Counted from the first letter of the stretch, positions 53,775-63,531 are shown. The stretch: 64,000 nt of DNA from Candidatus Pyrohabitans sp. JdFR-17 (GCA_002011115.2 MTME02000038.1:10475-74474), one strand, 5' to 3'. Notes: generated by a model not told the origin, from the sequence alone. Translations and numbers: made by a program.

Positions 53775-55232
53775 TCTCACAACCCTTTGTGAACTACTCA
53801 CCGTCAAAAGCGGTGAGCTTCTGCCTTCGGTGGCTTCTCCAGCCACCTCATCGGCAGTTCGGGCAGGTTCACGGCTGCCCCCGCTCCTTTGCGGAGCACC
53901 TGGTTCAAGCCTCGCCACATTATGTTTCTGGCTGCGTTGATGTCTCTATCTTCGGTGTGCCCGCAGTCCTGGCATGCAAAGTTTATGCCATCAACTTTCA
54001 CCTTGCGCGAGCCGCAGGCGGAGCACAGCGCCGTAGTACCATTCTCGCTGATTATTACTGCAATGTTTCCGGCCTCAAGAAGCTTCAGCCTTAACATCTC
54101 CGCCAGCTCCCTGAAAGCCCATTGATGCACCCTCTTTCTTAGTCTTCTTCTTTGATTGCCTCTGAAGTGCTCCTCTCTAATATGCTCTGGCAGGCCGATG
54201 AATACCAGAGCACCGGAGTAGCTATTTGCCACAAGATTTACCAGCTTCCGCCTGAAGTCCCTGGCAAGGTTCTTTCGCTTCCTTCTGAGCTTCCTGAGCA
54301 CCTCGAGCTTGCCCAGCCTCTGGAGCCTTGCGATGCGGTTGTTCAGCTCGCGCATCCTCGCAAAGAAGCAGGCGAACTCTTCTCTGTGCAGGAGGAGAGC
54401 ACGGCTCCCCTCCTCGCCAACCTCGTGCACCGCAATGAGCATCCTCATGTCAAGGTCAATCCCCGCGACGGAGCGGGGCTTTATGCTGACTTCCTTCTCC
54501 ACAACGACATGAACCTCATACCTTTTGAGTTCCAAGTTCCACACTATCTGAAAGCTCTTCACCTCCCACTCTCTCAGGTGCTTCTCAGCATAGGGATAGG
54601 AGTGAAGAGGAATGTCAACCCTCTGCCCCCTCTTTAGTGTGGAGATAGTAAGCCATAACTTGAACTCCTTAGCACTGCGTGAGAACTCAACTTTGATTTC
54701 ACCCATTCGCCTGTCGATCATCACAGGTATTTTGTCTTTCACCCCGGGCGGCTGAGGCTCTCTTGCGAGCAACTTTTCAAGCTTTTTCTTCAGCTTCTTG
54801 CTGTCTTTTACCTCAAGCTTCTTCCTGAGCCTTTCCACCCGCCTCTCCCACTCCACGTGTAACCTCAGGTAGCTCCTGTACATCCAGAGCGCTGTATCGC
54901 GGCACGCCTGCGCAAAGGCGGAACTCAAACCAGTCTTTGCCTGTATCTCCTTCCTGAAACTCTCCGCTCTGGCTCGGCTCACAACATTCTCCTCTACAAT
55001 CTTCTCCAGGTAGAGCTGAACGCCGTAGGTGAGCCTCGCCATGAGCCTGTCCAGAATGCAGAGCTTCCCCCTGGTTATTTCCTCAGCCACAGGAATCTTG
55101 AGTGTTTTCCTGACCTTCATGGACGTATAGAATCCAGTGTAGTTCCACTTAAGTCACTTTGCTTGGAGCAGAAGAAAAGTGAAAGGTGGCAACGGCATTC
55201 ATCACACCGTCAAATACGGCGTGTCTTCAGCC
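53775..55232 (-). mobile_element. IS200/IS605-type element carrying only tnpB (no tnpA); ends approximate
   Basis: Similar subterminal hairpins on the same strand: ctcaccg-tcaaaag-cggtgag (53797-53817) and cacaccg-tcaaata-cggcgtg (55203-55223). They flank the TnpB ORF. Confidence 0.65.
53804..55120 (-). CDS. tnpB: TnpB (IS605 OrfB-family RNA-guided endonuclease)
   Basis: GIDLD (RuvC-I). Zinc ribbon CSACGS...CQDCGH. TEDRDINAARNI (RuvC-III). Confidence 0.9.
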   Translation of the reverse strand: MKVRKTLKIPVAEEITRGKLCILDRLMARLTYGVQLYLEKIVEENVVSRARAESFRKEIQAKTGLSSAFAQACRDTALWMYRSYLRLHVEWERRVERLRKKLEVKDSKKLKKKLEKLLAREPQPPGVKDKIPVMIDRRMGEIKVEFSRSAKEFKLWLTISTLKRGQRVDIPLHSYPYAEKHLREWEVKSFQIVWNLELKRYEVHVVVEKEVSIKPRSVAGIDLDMRMLIAVHEVGEEGSRALLLHREEFACFFARMRELNNRIARLQRLGKLEVLRKLRRKRKNLARDFRRKLVNLVANSYSGALVFIGLPEHIREEHFRGNQRRRLRKRVHQWAFRELAEMLRLKLLEAGNIAVIISENGTTALCSACGSRKVKVDGINFACQDCGHTEDRDINAARNIMWRGLNQVLRKGAGAAVNLPELPMRWLEKPPKAEAHRF

Positions 55233-55270
55233 GCAAATTATTATAAATGTTATAATTGGAGTAGGAACAC

Positions 55271-56545
55271 ATGACTTTAATGCTTGAGGCAAGGCGAGGC
55301 GTTGTCAGCGAGGAAATACGCCAGGTGAGCAGAGCAGAGGGAATAGACGAGAAGGTTCTCCTCCGAAGGTTGGCAAAGGGAAGGGTGGTTATACCCAAGA
55401 ACAGCTCAGGGAGAGAATTTGCGCCAGTTGGAATAGGCGAAGGGCTTAAGGTGAAGGTGAATGCCAACATCGGTACATCGCCGGAGCATGTCAGCATTGA
55501 AGAAGAGCTGGAAAAGGCTAGAGTAGCGGTGAAATATGGCGCAGATACGCTTATGGACCTGAGCACCGGCGGGGATTTGAAGAAGATAAGGAGGGAGATT
55601 CTCAAGATTCCTGTACCTCTGGGCACTGTGCCTATTTATGAGGCTGGCGTGCTCGCGGCGAAGCGAGGTAGCGTAGTAGACATGAGCGAGGATGAGCTCT
55701 TCTCAGTTATAGAGGCTCAGGCGAGAGAAGGCGTGGACTTCATGACGGTGCACGCCGGAATTACGCGAGAAGCTCTCGAGGCGCTTGAGAAGAGCCCCCG
55801 CGTTACCGGCATAGTGAGCAGGGGTGGAAGTTTTCTGGCAGCGTGGATGAAGCACAACGAAAGGGAGAACCCCCTGTATGAAAACTTCGACTACCTGCTG
55901 GAGATAGCCAAAGAGCACGACGTTACCCTAAGCCTTGGCGATGCTCTGCGCCCGGGTAGCACAGCCGACGCTACCGACGAGGCGCAGCTCCGCGAGCTAA
56001 TGATTCTGGGCAGGCTGGTTAAGCGCTGCCGAGAAGCTGGAGTGCAGTGCATGGTTGAAGGGCCAGGGCATGTGCCTCTGAACCAGATTGAGGCAAATGT
56101 CTTGCTGGAAAAGCGCCTCTGCGACGGCGCGCCCTTCTATGTGCTCGGTCCCCTGGTTACCGACATCGCCGCCGGCTATGATCATATAGCAGCGGCGATA
56201 GGCGGGGCAATCGCCGCCTACGCGGGCGCAGACTTCCTGTGCTACGTCACGCCCGCGGAGCACCTCGCCTTGCCCAGCGTCGAGGATGTGCGCGTTGGCG
56301 TTGTGGCGAGCAAAATCGCTGCCCATGCCGCAGACCTGGCGAGGGGAAAATACAGAGAGATAGACGAAGAGATGTCAAAGGCGAGGGTTGAGCTCAACTG
56401 GGAGAAGCAGTTCAAGCTTTGCCTGGACCCTGAGCGGGCGATGGAGTACCGCAGGCGAAGACTGCCCAAAAAGAGCGACGCGTGCACAATGTGCGGCAGC
56501 TTCTGCGCCATGAAGCTAACGCAGGAGTTTTTGGGTGGGGGTTAG
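55271..56545 (+). CDS. thiC: phosphomethylpyrimidine synthase ThiC
   Basis: TVHAGIT, VSRGGS and the C-terminal cluster motif CTMCGSFCAM. The overall layout matches ThiC. Confidence 0.95.
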   Translation: MTLMLEARRGVVSEEIRQVSRAEGIDEKVLLRRLAKGRVVIPKNSSGREFAPVGIGEGLKVKVNANIGTSPEHVSIEEELEKARVAVKYGADTLMDLSTGGDLKKIRREILKIPVPLGTVPIYEAGVLAAKRGSVVDMSEDELFSVIEAQAREGVDFMTVHAGITREALEALEKSPRVTGIVSRGGSFLAAWMKHNERENPLYENFDYLLEIAKEHDVTLSLGDALRPGSTADATDEAQLRELMILGRLVKRCREAGVQCMVEGPGHVPLNQIEANVLLEKRLCDGAPFYVLGPLVTDIAAGYDHIAAAIGGAIAAYAGADFLCYVTPAEHLALPSVEDVRVGVVASKIAAHAADLARGKYREIDEEMSKARVELNWEKQFKLCLDPERAMEYRRRRLPKKSDACTMCGSFCAMKLTQEFLGGG

Positions 56546-56589
56546 ATAGCCAAATATCTTAAAATAAAGTAATTGTTTTCAATTTTTTA

Positions 56590-56964
56590 TTATTTTATTC
56601 TATTAAATGGTGGGAGTTCCAAATGCTTCTTTTCGAATTCATCTAAAAGATCTCCCTCATATTCTTCATATTTGTCAGTTATAATAAACCTAAATTCCAC
56701 TTTTGCATCGGGAAAATTTTTTATATAATTCCTAAGTCTCGGTCTTACATCATGAAGCCAGATATCGTCTTTTTTAACGTCCTCGAGCTCCTCAAAACAT
56801 GATAATCTATCATAAAAATCCCCACAGCCAATGTACAAAATATCTGTTTCACCTTTTAATCTTTTAATTGGCAAATTTGTTCTAAGTTGATAAACCCCTT
56901 TTTTCTTCGGCACTTTCTCTAAATTTTCATCAGTAATTTCTGTCCATTCCGACCATCTCTGCAT
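56590..56964 (-). CDS. small GIY-YIG-like nuclease-domain protein
   Basis: KKGVYQLR...TDILYIGCG fits the GIY-(x10-11)-YIG spacing. Strong SD GGTGGAGG lies upstream of the ATG. AT-rich. Confidence 0.6.
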   Translation of the reverse strand: MQRWSEWTEITDENLEKVPKKKGVYQLRTNLPIKRLKGETDILYIGCGDFYDRLSCFEELEDVKKDDIWLHDVRPRLRNYIKNFPDAKVEFRFIITDKYEEYEGDLLDEFEKKHLELPPFNRIK

Positions 56965-57131
56965 TTAACCTCCACCTTTTTAATAAATACTCTCTACAAC
57001 TCTCCATTATCTCAAGAAACTCTTTATCTTTTTCCAATAATTCTTCTATCTCTTTAAGAGCCACTTCCTTTAGCACCTCTATTTTTCAAGCTTTCCATTT
57101 TTTAACACATATCTAATGAAGGTCTCCATTT

Positions 57132-57305
57132 TCAAGCCTCTTGTAAATATTTTCTAATCATGCGCATAGTTTCTTTTGCCCATATACTCCCTATGTCACT
57201 GATATTTTCTGGTTTTTCACGTATTTTGCCTGCCGACTTCGGTAAATATATTCTCTCAAATTCTCTAAGAGATCTAATCACACGCCTCTTTTTATTAAAT
57301 CTCAT
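57132..57305 (-). CDS. 57-aa basic protein (below the ORF-track cutoff), translationally coupled to the upstream gene
   Basis: Hand translation: MRFNKKRRVIRSLREFERIYLPKSAGKIREKPENISDIGSIWAKETMRMIRKYLQEA. Its ATG overlaps the stop of the 434-aa ORF (ATGA). Confidence 0.3.
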   Translation of the reverse strand: MRFNKKRRVIRSLREFERIYLPKSAGKIREKPENISDIGSIWAKETMRMIRKYLQEA

Positions 57306-58606
57306 TTCTGGCCCTCCTTATAATAATTTGCAAAAAATTGTGGATTTAGCTCCGCCTTAAAATAATATTTTCTTTTAATCCATATAAAACCATCGCCCTT
57401 AGAGATTACTGCTACATCAATAGGTCCACCCACAGTTTCACTTTCCATCGAAAATTTTCGTTTCAGAGATGTAAGATTAACAAGCGACTCTGCCATTGCT
57501 GCAAGTTCATCTTTTGGAAGCATCGAAACCACACTCGTAATTGGACTAATATACGTTTCATGTCTAAATTCTTCTAATCGTTCTTTAAGATCTTTGAGTA
57601 TTTTATTTCCAATGTCCAATAATTTATTTTTCAACCTAATTTTTTCTTCTTCAGTGTATTTATCTAAATCTTCGATAACTATTTCTGCATACTCTTTGAA
57701 AATCTGTGACAAATAATCTTCTTCTACTACTATATACAAGGGATCAACTCCCTGCATAAATGTATCAACCATTTCCCTTTGAGCAAATGGAACGATTAAA
57801 GCATCGGTCTCGTAATCAATTTTTGCGGATATATGTTTTTTATGCTTTAATCTGTTTTCAATTATTCCATCAATATGAAAAGAAATAAGTGATGGAAAAA
57901 TATCCTCTTCTCCAAAACCAGCAACTACTATGCCAGATGTATTTTCATTTCCGATACCTTCTGGAAATTTTGAAAATAAATTTCCTGATATTTTCCTCAA
58001 TTGGTTGTAATGAATTTCTGATATTGGCAGCTCCTCAAAAATATCTTCTATAGCTTTATCAATTATTTTAATATATTTTTTAATAATATTTTCGCTAAAA
58101 TCCTCTGGAATAGTCGGAATACTATCAGCTTTTTCCCATTTTTCATAATGTTCTTCTATTGTTTCTGATACTATCTTTTCAACGACCTCATCTAGGATTT
58201 CTCCTTCCTCATCAATTATAGAGTGGACTTTTTCTACAATTTTACTTCTAATAAATTCAAAATATCCGTATATATAATTTCTCAGATATTCCTCCTGTAC
58301 AAAATCGGGAAACATAGGATTGCCATTATCTAAAAATGATATAAAGTCCATAGCATATTCTTCTAAAGTGTTAAAACTCTTTTTCCCCAATTTATTTCTG
58401 TAAACTTTAATGATTGTTTCCCAAGGGACACCCATAAATGTAGCATTTCCATAAATCATTATTCCAACAGGATGATATTTGGACAATGCAAAAAGTTTGT
58501 TAACTGAGGTAAATATTTTCTCGCCAGATTCACTCACTGCAGTAACTGCACTATCAGATGCAAGAGCTATTGCCTCTTTGTTCATTATTGCAATTTCAGA
58601 AGTCAT
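57302..58606 (-). CDS. proteasome-beta/HslV-like (Ntn-hydrolase-like) protein with large helical insertions
   Basis: After the Met, TSEIAIMNKEAIALASDSAVT...NKLFAL...GIMIYG lines up by eye with T1...D17...K33 of HslV/proteasome beta. Also GIVVAGFGEEDIFPSLISFHIDG and a C-terminal GGPIDVAVISKGDGFIWI. Confidence 0.65.
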   Translation of the reverse strand: MTSEIAIMNKEAIALASDSAVTAVSESGEKIFTSVNKLFALSKYHPVGIMIYGNATFMGVPWETIIKVYRNKLGKKSFNTLEEYAMDFISFLDNGNPMFPDFVQEEYLRNYIYGYFEFIRSKIVEKVHSIIDEEGEILDEVVEKIVSETIEEHYEKWEKADSIPTIPEDFSENIIKKYIKIIDKAIEDIFEELPISEIHYNQLRKISGNLFSKFPEGIGNENTSGIVVAGFGEEDIFPSLISFHIDGIIENRLKHKKHISAKIDYETDALIVPFAQREMVDTFMQGVDPLYIVVEEDYLSQIFKEYAEIVIEDLDKYTEEEKIRLKNKLLDIGNKILKDLKERLEEFRHETYISPITSVVSMLPKDELAAMAESLVNLTSLKRKFSMESETVGGPIDVAVISKGDGFIWIKRKYYFKAELNPQFFANYYKEGQK

Positions 58607-58676
58607 CTAATATCCCTCTCAATATTATCCTGCTCAAATTTAAAAGTATTAATTGCAGACGTTTCACAAAAATACA

Positions 58677-58840
58677 TCACCGCCCCTCCACCACCTTTAT
58701 CTCCACCTCCGTCAAGCCATACAACCTGTAGACTATCTGGTCAATCAGCCTATCCTCTCTTCAATCCTCTCAAGCAACGGTTTCAACTGCCTGTGGAATC
58801 GAGGAATGCTCAGCTTTTCCTCAGCTCTTTGCTCGCCAGG
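58677..58840 (-). pseudogene. frameshifted C-terminal relic of an RM-type (type IIG/BREX-like) DNA methyltransferase
   Basis: The minus strand reads ...EKLSIPRFHRQLKPLLERIEERIG-stop/shift-DRLIDQIVYRLYGLTEVEIKVVEGR-stop. The D.lVY.LYGLTeeEI.iVE tail is the hallmark C-terminus of such enzymes. Confidence 0.5.
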
Positions 58841-58923
58841 TCATGCGCTCAGCCAGAAAGATTGCCAGAAAAGACTAAATTGAGGATTACGATTGAAAAA
58901 TCAAAGTTTCGGAAGTTTTTTGC

Positions 58924-60423
58924 TCATCCCTGCCTCTTCGCCACGTACTCCTTCTGCATCGCATCACGGTAGTACTCTGGCAAGACGTTGAAGGCGCAGA
59001 ATGGCACAACGCGCAGGTCTGGCGTAACATAGTGGATGGTACATCTCTTTACGCGGGCGATGTCGTAGTTGTACAGGTCCATGAAGTGCATCATCCCTAT
59101 AAACAGGGCGTTGTGGTGGAACTTCGCAAGGGCGCGGTAGTCGTGGCGTACCAGCGCAGCGAAGAGGAGCGAGTACACATTCAGACCCTTTGGCGCTTTG
59201 CCCGCGTCGATAAAGCGCCTTATTCCTGAGATAAGCTTTATCCTCTCCACCAGCTTGTTGCTTCCGCCATTGATTCGCTCTGCGCTCTCGTTGAGGTACT
59301 CCAGCAGCCCCTCAACATCTATAAACCGCGTTATCGGCACAACGCGATTGCCGTCTCTGAAGACGTACGTCGCCATACCGCACGCGAAATGCGTTGTAAG
59401 CTCGTACTGCTTTATCCCCGTGAGTGCCTCGACTATGTGGGAAATTGCAGTAACGCTCGGCACAGGGTAGAAGTCCTCCCGCGCTATTGCTCCAGCGGTC
59501 TGCTCCTCAAGAGCGCGAATAACATCAGGTATGGTTATGCGGTGCTTCTCCCGCTCCTCCTGAGGCATTCTACCAACAAGCGAAACAGGCTGGAAGTTGA
59601 CCCCGCGCACCACATCTATATTATTGAAGGCAAACTCCACTATATACCCGAGCTCATGGTCGTTGACGCCTCGTATCACAGTAGGCACCAGCACCAGCTT
59701 CATCCCTGCGCTTCTCGCATTCTCCAGTATCTTCGGTATGTAGCGGTGATTCTTGGGATTGGTTTTAGCAGTGACGCCATCGAAGCTTAAGTACACCACT
59801 CCTGCCCCTGCCTCAACTATCGCCTTCGCAAGCTCAGCGTCTTGAGCAAGCTTTATCCCGTTGGTGTTGAGCTGCACATGGTCAAAGCCCAGGCGTTTTG
59901 CGAGTTTAATAATCTCCACTATATCCTCGCGCAGCGTGGGCTCGCCGCCGGTGATCTGCAGAGCATTGCACGGCACAGGCTTCTGTGCCTTAAGGTAGCG
60001 CAACATCCGCTCTATGTCCTGGAGAGAGGGCTCGTAAACATAGCCCGCTCGCTCAGCGTAGTAGAAGCAGTACCAGCACGTTAAGTTGCAGCGGTTTGTC
60101 ACCACTAAATTGGCGAGAGCAGTGTGAGAGAGGTGGGCCTCACAGGGACCGCAGGACAGGGGACAGTGCTTCTCTAGCTTCGTCGTGGGGTTGTCAAAAC
60201 CCTCGCCATCGTGAGCAAATTTGCGTGCCTTCTTGTAAAGCTCATAATCACCCCAGTATAAATCTTCAAAGGTCCCGTGCTTCTCGCAGTGCTTGCGTAT
60301 GTAAACCCTGCCATTGCGTTCAAAAATCTCAGCTTTAAGCAGAGCATGACATTCGGGGCATAACGAAGCAGTGGTGGTGATGAGCCTTTCAGCATGCGCC
60401 TGCTTCTGAGCTACAAGCTGCAT
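58924..60423 (-). CDS. radical SAM enzyme, candidate tetraether-lipid synthase (Tes/GDGT-MAS-like)
   Basis: CNLTCWYC (CxxxCxxC). N-terminal CPEC...HCEKHG metal-binding module. About 500 aa. The Tes-like assignment is from memory of the family architecture. Confidence 0.75.
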   Translation of the reverse strand: MQLVAQKQAHAERLITTTASLCPECHALLKAEIFERNGRVYIRKHCEKHGTFEDLYWGDYELYKKARKFAHDGEGFDNPTTKLEKHCPLSCGPCEAHLSHTALANLVVTNRCNLTCWYCFYYAERAGYVYEPSLQDIERMLRYLKAQKPVPCNALQITGGEPTLREDIVEIIKLAKRLGFDHVQLNTNGIKLAQDAELAKAIVEAGAGVVYLSFDGVTAKTNPKNHRYIPKILENARSAGMKLVLVPTVIRGVNDHELGYIVEFAFNNIDVVRGVNFQPVSLVGRMPQEEREKHRITIPDVIRALEEQTAGAIAREDFYPVPSVTAISHIVEALTGIKQYELTTHFACGMATYVFRDGNRVVPITRFIDVEGLLEYLNESAERINGGSNKLVERIKLISGIRRFIDAGKAPKGLNVYSLLFAALVRHDYRALAKFHHNALFIGMMHFMDLYNYDIARVKRCTIHYVTPDLRVVPFCAFNVLPEYYRDAMQKEYVAKRQG

Positions 60424-60427
60424 GCTA

Positions 60428-61711
60428 TCACCTCCTTCTTATAATATTTTTTTCATGTCTTGCTGCGAGAAGCTTTGGAAACTGGATAAAGCGACTCAGC
60501 ACCACCAGGTTGCATAGCACCGCCAGCAGGAGAAGTACTGCGAAGAGCTGGTTCACCACGCCAGCGAGGAATATCAGGAAGAGCCTCATGTCACGTTTCA
60601 TGAGATTCTCTGTGAGGTTGACAAAGGTCACGCCATATAACTCCGCCCTTGAGCCGGTGTAGCTTATTGAGTAGCTGCCCAGCATAGCCAAGCCGCCCAC
60701 TAACCAGAACTTCTCTGGCTGCGAGGCGATGATGCCGAGCAGGATGAGCATGTCTGCATATCTGTCGAGGGTTGCATCGAGAAAGGCACCGTATGGCGAG
60801 GCGATGCCTTTTAAGCGTGCTATCTCCCCATCGCACCCGTCTATGATAGACGAAACCTGCGCCATTATGCCAGCTAATGCAGCGTGACCAAAGGCAAATA
60901 GAGCGCCTGACAATGCGCCAAGCAGAAAGCTGAAGATGGAGATGGCATTTGGTGTAACAGGCGTTGCCACCAGCATGCGGGAGATTCTCAGGGAAATCTT
61001 TCTGTTGATGTGCCTGGATATAATGCCGTCAACCGGTTTAATCAGGCTGCGAAGGAGCTCGTCCTCTGCACGCTTGAGCTCCTTCTGGGTGTCAACATCC
61101 CACCAGAAGTGACCGGTTACATCGAAGGCGTGCAGCTTTCTCTGAGCGACAAGCTTTTTCATCACGTCGCTAACTGTAAATTTGCCGGTGAAGCTCCTCG
61201 CCGCCTTGAGCACATCTTGGGTGCAGTAGAATATGCCCGTGTCCAGGGCATTGTACACCTTTATCTCTTTTCCAATGTCTAATATTTTCCCATCTTCTCC
61301 AACCAGTACTTTAGTCGCCTCCTCCAGGTCGCTACCCTCAAAACTTCTGTCAACACAGAGCGTTGTCGTAACAGGCTCTGCCTCGAGCAGCTTAGCCACG
61401 ATAGCAGGCTCAAAGAGATGATCGCTCATCACAAGCACAAAGGGCTCACCGCCAGCAGCTTCTGCGCCCTTGAGCAGGGAGTAACCGCCTTCTCTCTCCA
61501 CGTTGTCGTTGTAAACCAGCTCTACTCTGCCCTCAAGGTGAGCCTTAACACGCGGGTGGCTGTACACCACGATAATATCCTCTACCCCGGCTTTTTCCAG
61601 ACTATCAATAACCCTGTCGATGAGCGTTCTTCCCAGAACCTTAACAAGGGGTTTGGGGAGGCTTGATCCAAGCCTCTCCCCTTTGCCAGCGGCGAGAACT
61701 ACAGCCTTCAT
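60428..61711 (-). CDS. bifunctional IPCT/DIPPS (CTP:inositol-1-phosphate cytidylyltransferase / di-myo-inositol-phosphate-phosphate synthase)
   Basis: N-terminal VVLAAGKGERLG nucleotidyltransferase. C-terminal CDP-alcohol motif DGEIARLKGIASPYGAFLDATLD, which fits DGxxARx8Gx3Dx3D. Confidence 0.9.
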   Translation of the reverse strand: MKAVVLAAGKGERLGSSLPKPLVKVLGRTLIDRVIDSLEKAGVEDIIVVYSHPRVKAHLEGRVELVYNDNVEREGGYSLLKGAEAAGGEPFVLVMSDHLFEPAIVAKLLEAEPVTTTLCVDRSFEGSDLEEATKVLVGEDGKILDIGKEIKVYNALDTGIFYCTQDVLKAARSFTGKFTVSDVMKKLVAQRKLHAFDVTGHFWWDVDTQKELKRAEDELLRSLIKPVDGIISRHINRKISLRISRMLVATPVTPNAISIFSFLLGALSGALFAFGHAALAGIMAQVSSIIDGCDGEIARLKGIASPYGAFLDATLDRYADMLILLGIIASQPEKFWLVGGLAMLGSYSISYTGSRAELYGVTFVNLTENLMKRDMRLFLIFLAGVVNQLFAVLLLLAVLCNLVVLSRFIQFPKLLAARHEKNIIRRR

Positions 61712-61714
61712 CGC

Positions 61715-62818
61715 CTACTCCTTCAGCGCCAGCTCTGGCGCCACCTTGGTTCTGGCGTTCTCTCTGATGAAATCCTCCACCATCTGCTTTGCCACTGCAT
61801 CGGGATACTGTACCGGCGGGTGCTTGAAGAAGTAGGCACTCACCGCCTCAAGCGGGCCTGCGATGCCGTTGTCCAGCGCCAGCTTAGTGGCGCGTATCGC
61901 GTCGACGGCGACGCCAGCGCTGTTGGGCGAGTCTTCGACAGAGAGGTGCACCTGTATCGTCAGTGGGATATCGCCGAACTTTCTGCCCTTTACGAAAATG
62001 AACGCCTGCTTGTTGTCGTTGAGGAACGGCACGTAGTCGCTTGGCCCAATGCGTGTGGGTATATCGTAGCCCACAACGCTGGTTACAGCCTCTGTCTTGC
62101 TTATCCTCTTTGACTTCAGTCTGCTCTCCTGGAGCATGTTCAGGAAGTCAGTGTTCCCGCCTATGTTGAGCTGGTAGGTTTCCTCCACTTTGACCCCGCG
62201 GTCTTTGAGAAGCTGCACCAGGGTTCGGTGGAGTATGGTAGCGCCTACCTGGGATTTAATGTCGTCTCCTGCGACGGGCAAACCTGCACGGGTGAACTTC
62301 TCAGCCCACTCTTTGTCGCTGGCGATGAACTCTGGGATGCAGTTCACAAATCCGCAACCTGCGTCTATCGCTGCTTGGGCGAAGTAGCGCGTTGCCTTGG
62401 CGCTGCCCACTGGAAGGAAGTTCACCAGCACGTCGGCGTTCACCTCTTCCAGCACCTTGGCTACGTCCACTGGCTTCTGACGACTGCTCACAGGTACTGT
62501 GCCGCGCAGGTACTTGCCTATGCCGTCGAGCACAGGTGCTTTGAGTACTTCGACGCCAAGCTCTGGTACGTCGCAGAACTTGGCTGTGCAGTTGGGCTCT
62601 GTAAAAATAGCCTCGCTCAGGTCTTTGCCCACCTTGTTTGCGTTTACGTCGAAAGCTGCGACGAATTTGATGTCGCGAATGTGGTAGCCGCCGAAGTTCA
62701 CGTGCATTAAGCCCGGTACAAACTCATCGTCTTTTGCATTCTTGTAGTACTCAACACCCTGCACCAGCGAGGAAGCACAGTTTCCTACCCCAGCAATTGC
62801 CACTCTCACTTCACCCAT
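61715..62818 (-). CDS. myo-inositol-1-phosphate synthase
   Basis: [23 protein letters not shown]-binding N-terminus. The length and layout are typical of archaeal MIPS. Adjacent to IPCT/DIPPS. Confidence 0.9.
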   Translation of the reverse strand: MGEVRVAIAGVGNCASSLVQGVEYYKNAKDDEFVPGLMHVNFGGYHIRDIKFVAAFDVNANKVGKDLSEAIFTEPNCTAKFCDVPELGVEVLKAPVLDGIGKYLRGTVPVSSRQKPVDVAKVLEEVNADVLVNFLPVGSAKATRYFAQAAIDAGCGFVNCIPEFIASDKEWAEKFTRAGLPVAGDDIKSQVGATILHRTLVQLLKDRGVKVEETYQLNIGGNTDFLNMLQESRLKSKRISKTEAVTSVVGYDIPTRIGPSDYVPFLNDNKQAFIFVKGRKFGDIPLTIQVHLSVEDSPNSAGVAVDAIRATKLALDNGIAGPLEAVSAYFFKHPPVQYPDAVAKQMVEDFIRENARTKVAPELALKE

Positions 62819-62894
62819 TTCATCACCTCCTCTACCTTTTAAGTGACTAAATTAGCATGACTGCATCTCAAATGGACAAAGAGACACAATACAG

Positions 62895-63482
62895 CTATGT
62901 TTCAGTTATATTGCCAAGCTTGCTGTGTTTTCCCAACCCGACAACCTTGAGGAGTGAGCGTCTTTCAGACTTGTTTAGGTTAAGCTCTTCAACAGCCTCC
63001 CTACCTGCCTTCCTAACCTCGTCGAGCACGTCCTCTGCCTTCTGGAGGGCATCTTCATAATACATTATTTCCTTTTTTACATCCTCTGCAATTTTTGAAA
63101 GCGCCGCAAGCCTCTGAAGGGGATCGGAAATCGATTTAGCGCTCTCCAAGCGAAGGGTATGCACATTGCTCATCTTTTCTCTCTCGCTCTGAGAACGCGT
63201 CCTGAGCTTCAATGAGAACTCTTCTGGCGAAATGTCCACCTTGAGCTGGATATGTTCAGCTATCTCGTAGTACTTCCTGGGCCTTCCCCGCTTTATCTTT
63301 TCCTCCTCTACAGTGAGTATGTTCGCCCTTGTCATGGAGTCGAGATGCCTCGCAAGCGCCATCTTCTCAACGCCCGTCTCTCTGCTCAGTTCGGAGAGGC
63401 ACTTGGGCTCTTCGCTGACCAGCTTAATTATCTCCCTCCTTGTGCGATTCCCCAGAATGTCCAGAAGTTCATCTGGGCGCAT
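62895..63482 (-). CDS. ArsR-family winged-helix regulator with helical C-terminal extension
   Basis: LDILGNRTRREIIKLVSEEPKCLSELSRETGVEKMALARHLDSM... Confidence 0.8.
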   Translation of the reverse strand: MRPDELLDILGNRTRREIIKLVSEEPKCLSELSRETGVEKMALARHLDSMTRANILTVEEEKIKRGRPRKYYEIAEHIQLKVDISPEEFSLKLRTRSQSEREKMSNVHTLRLESAKSISDPLQRLAALSKIAEDVKKEIMYYEDALQKAEDVLDEVRKAGREAVEELNLNKSERRSLLKVVGLGKHSKLGNITET

Positions 63483-63531
63483 TTTTCCACATTATGTTAC
63501 TTTAATATCAAAGGAAAGGTTTATTGTACAG

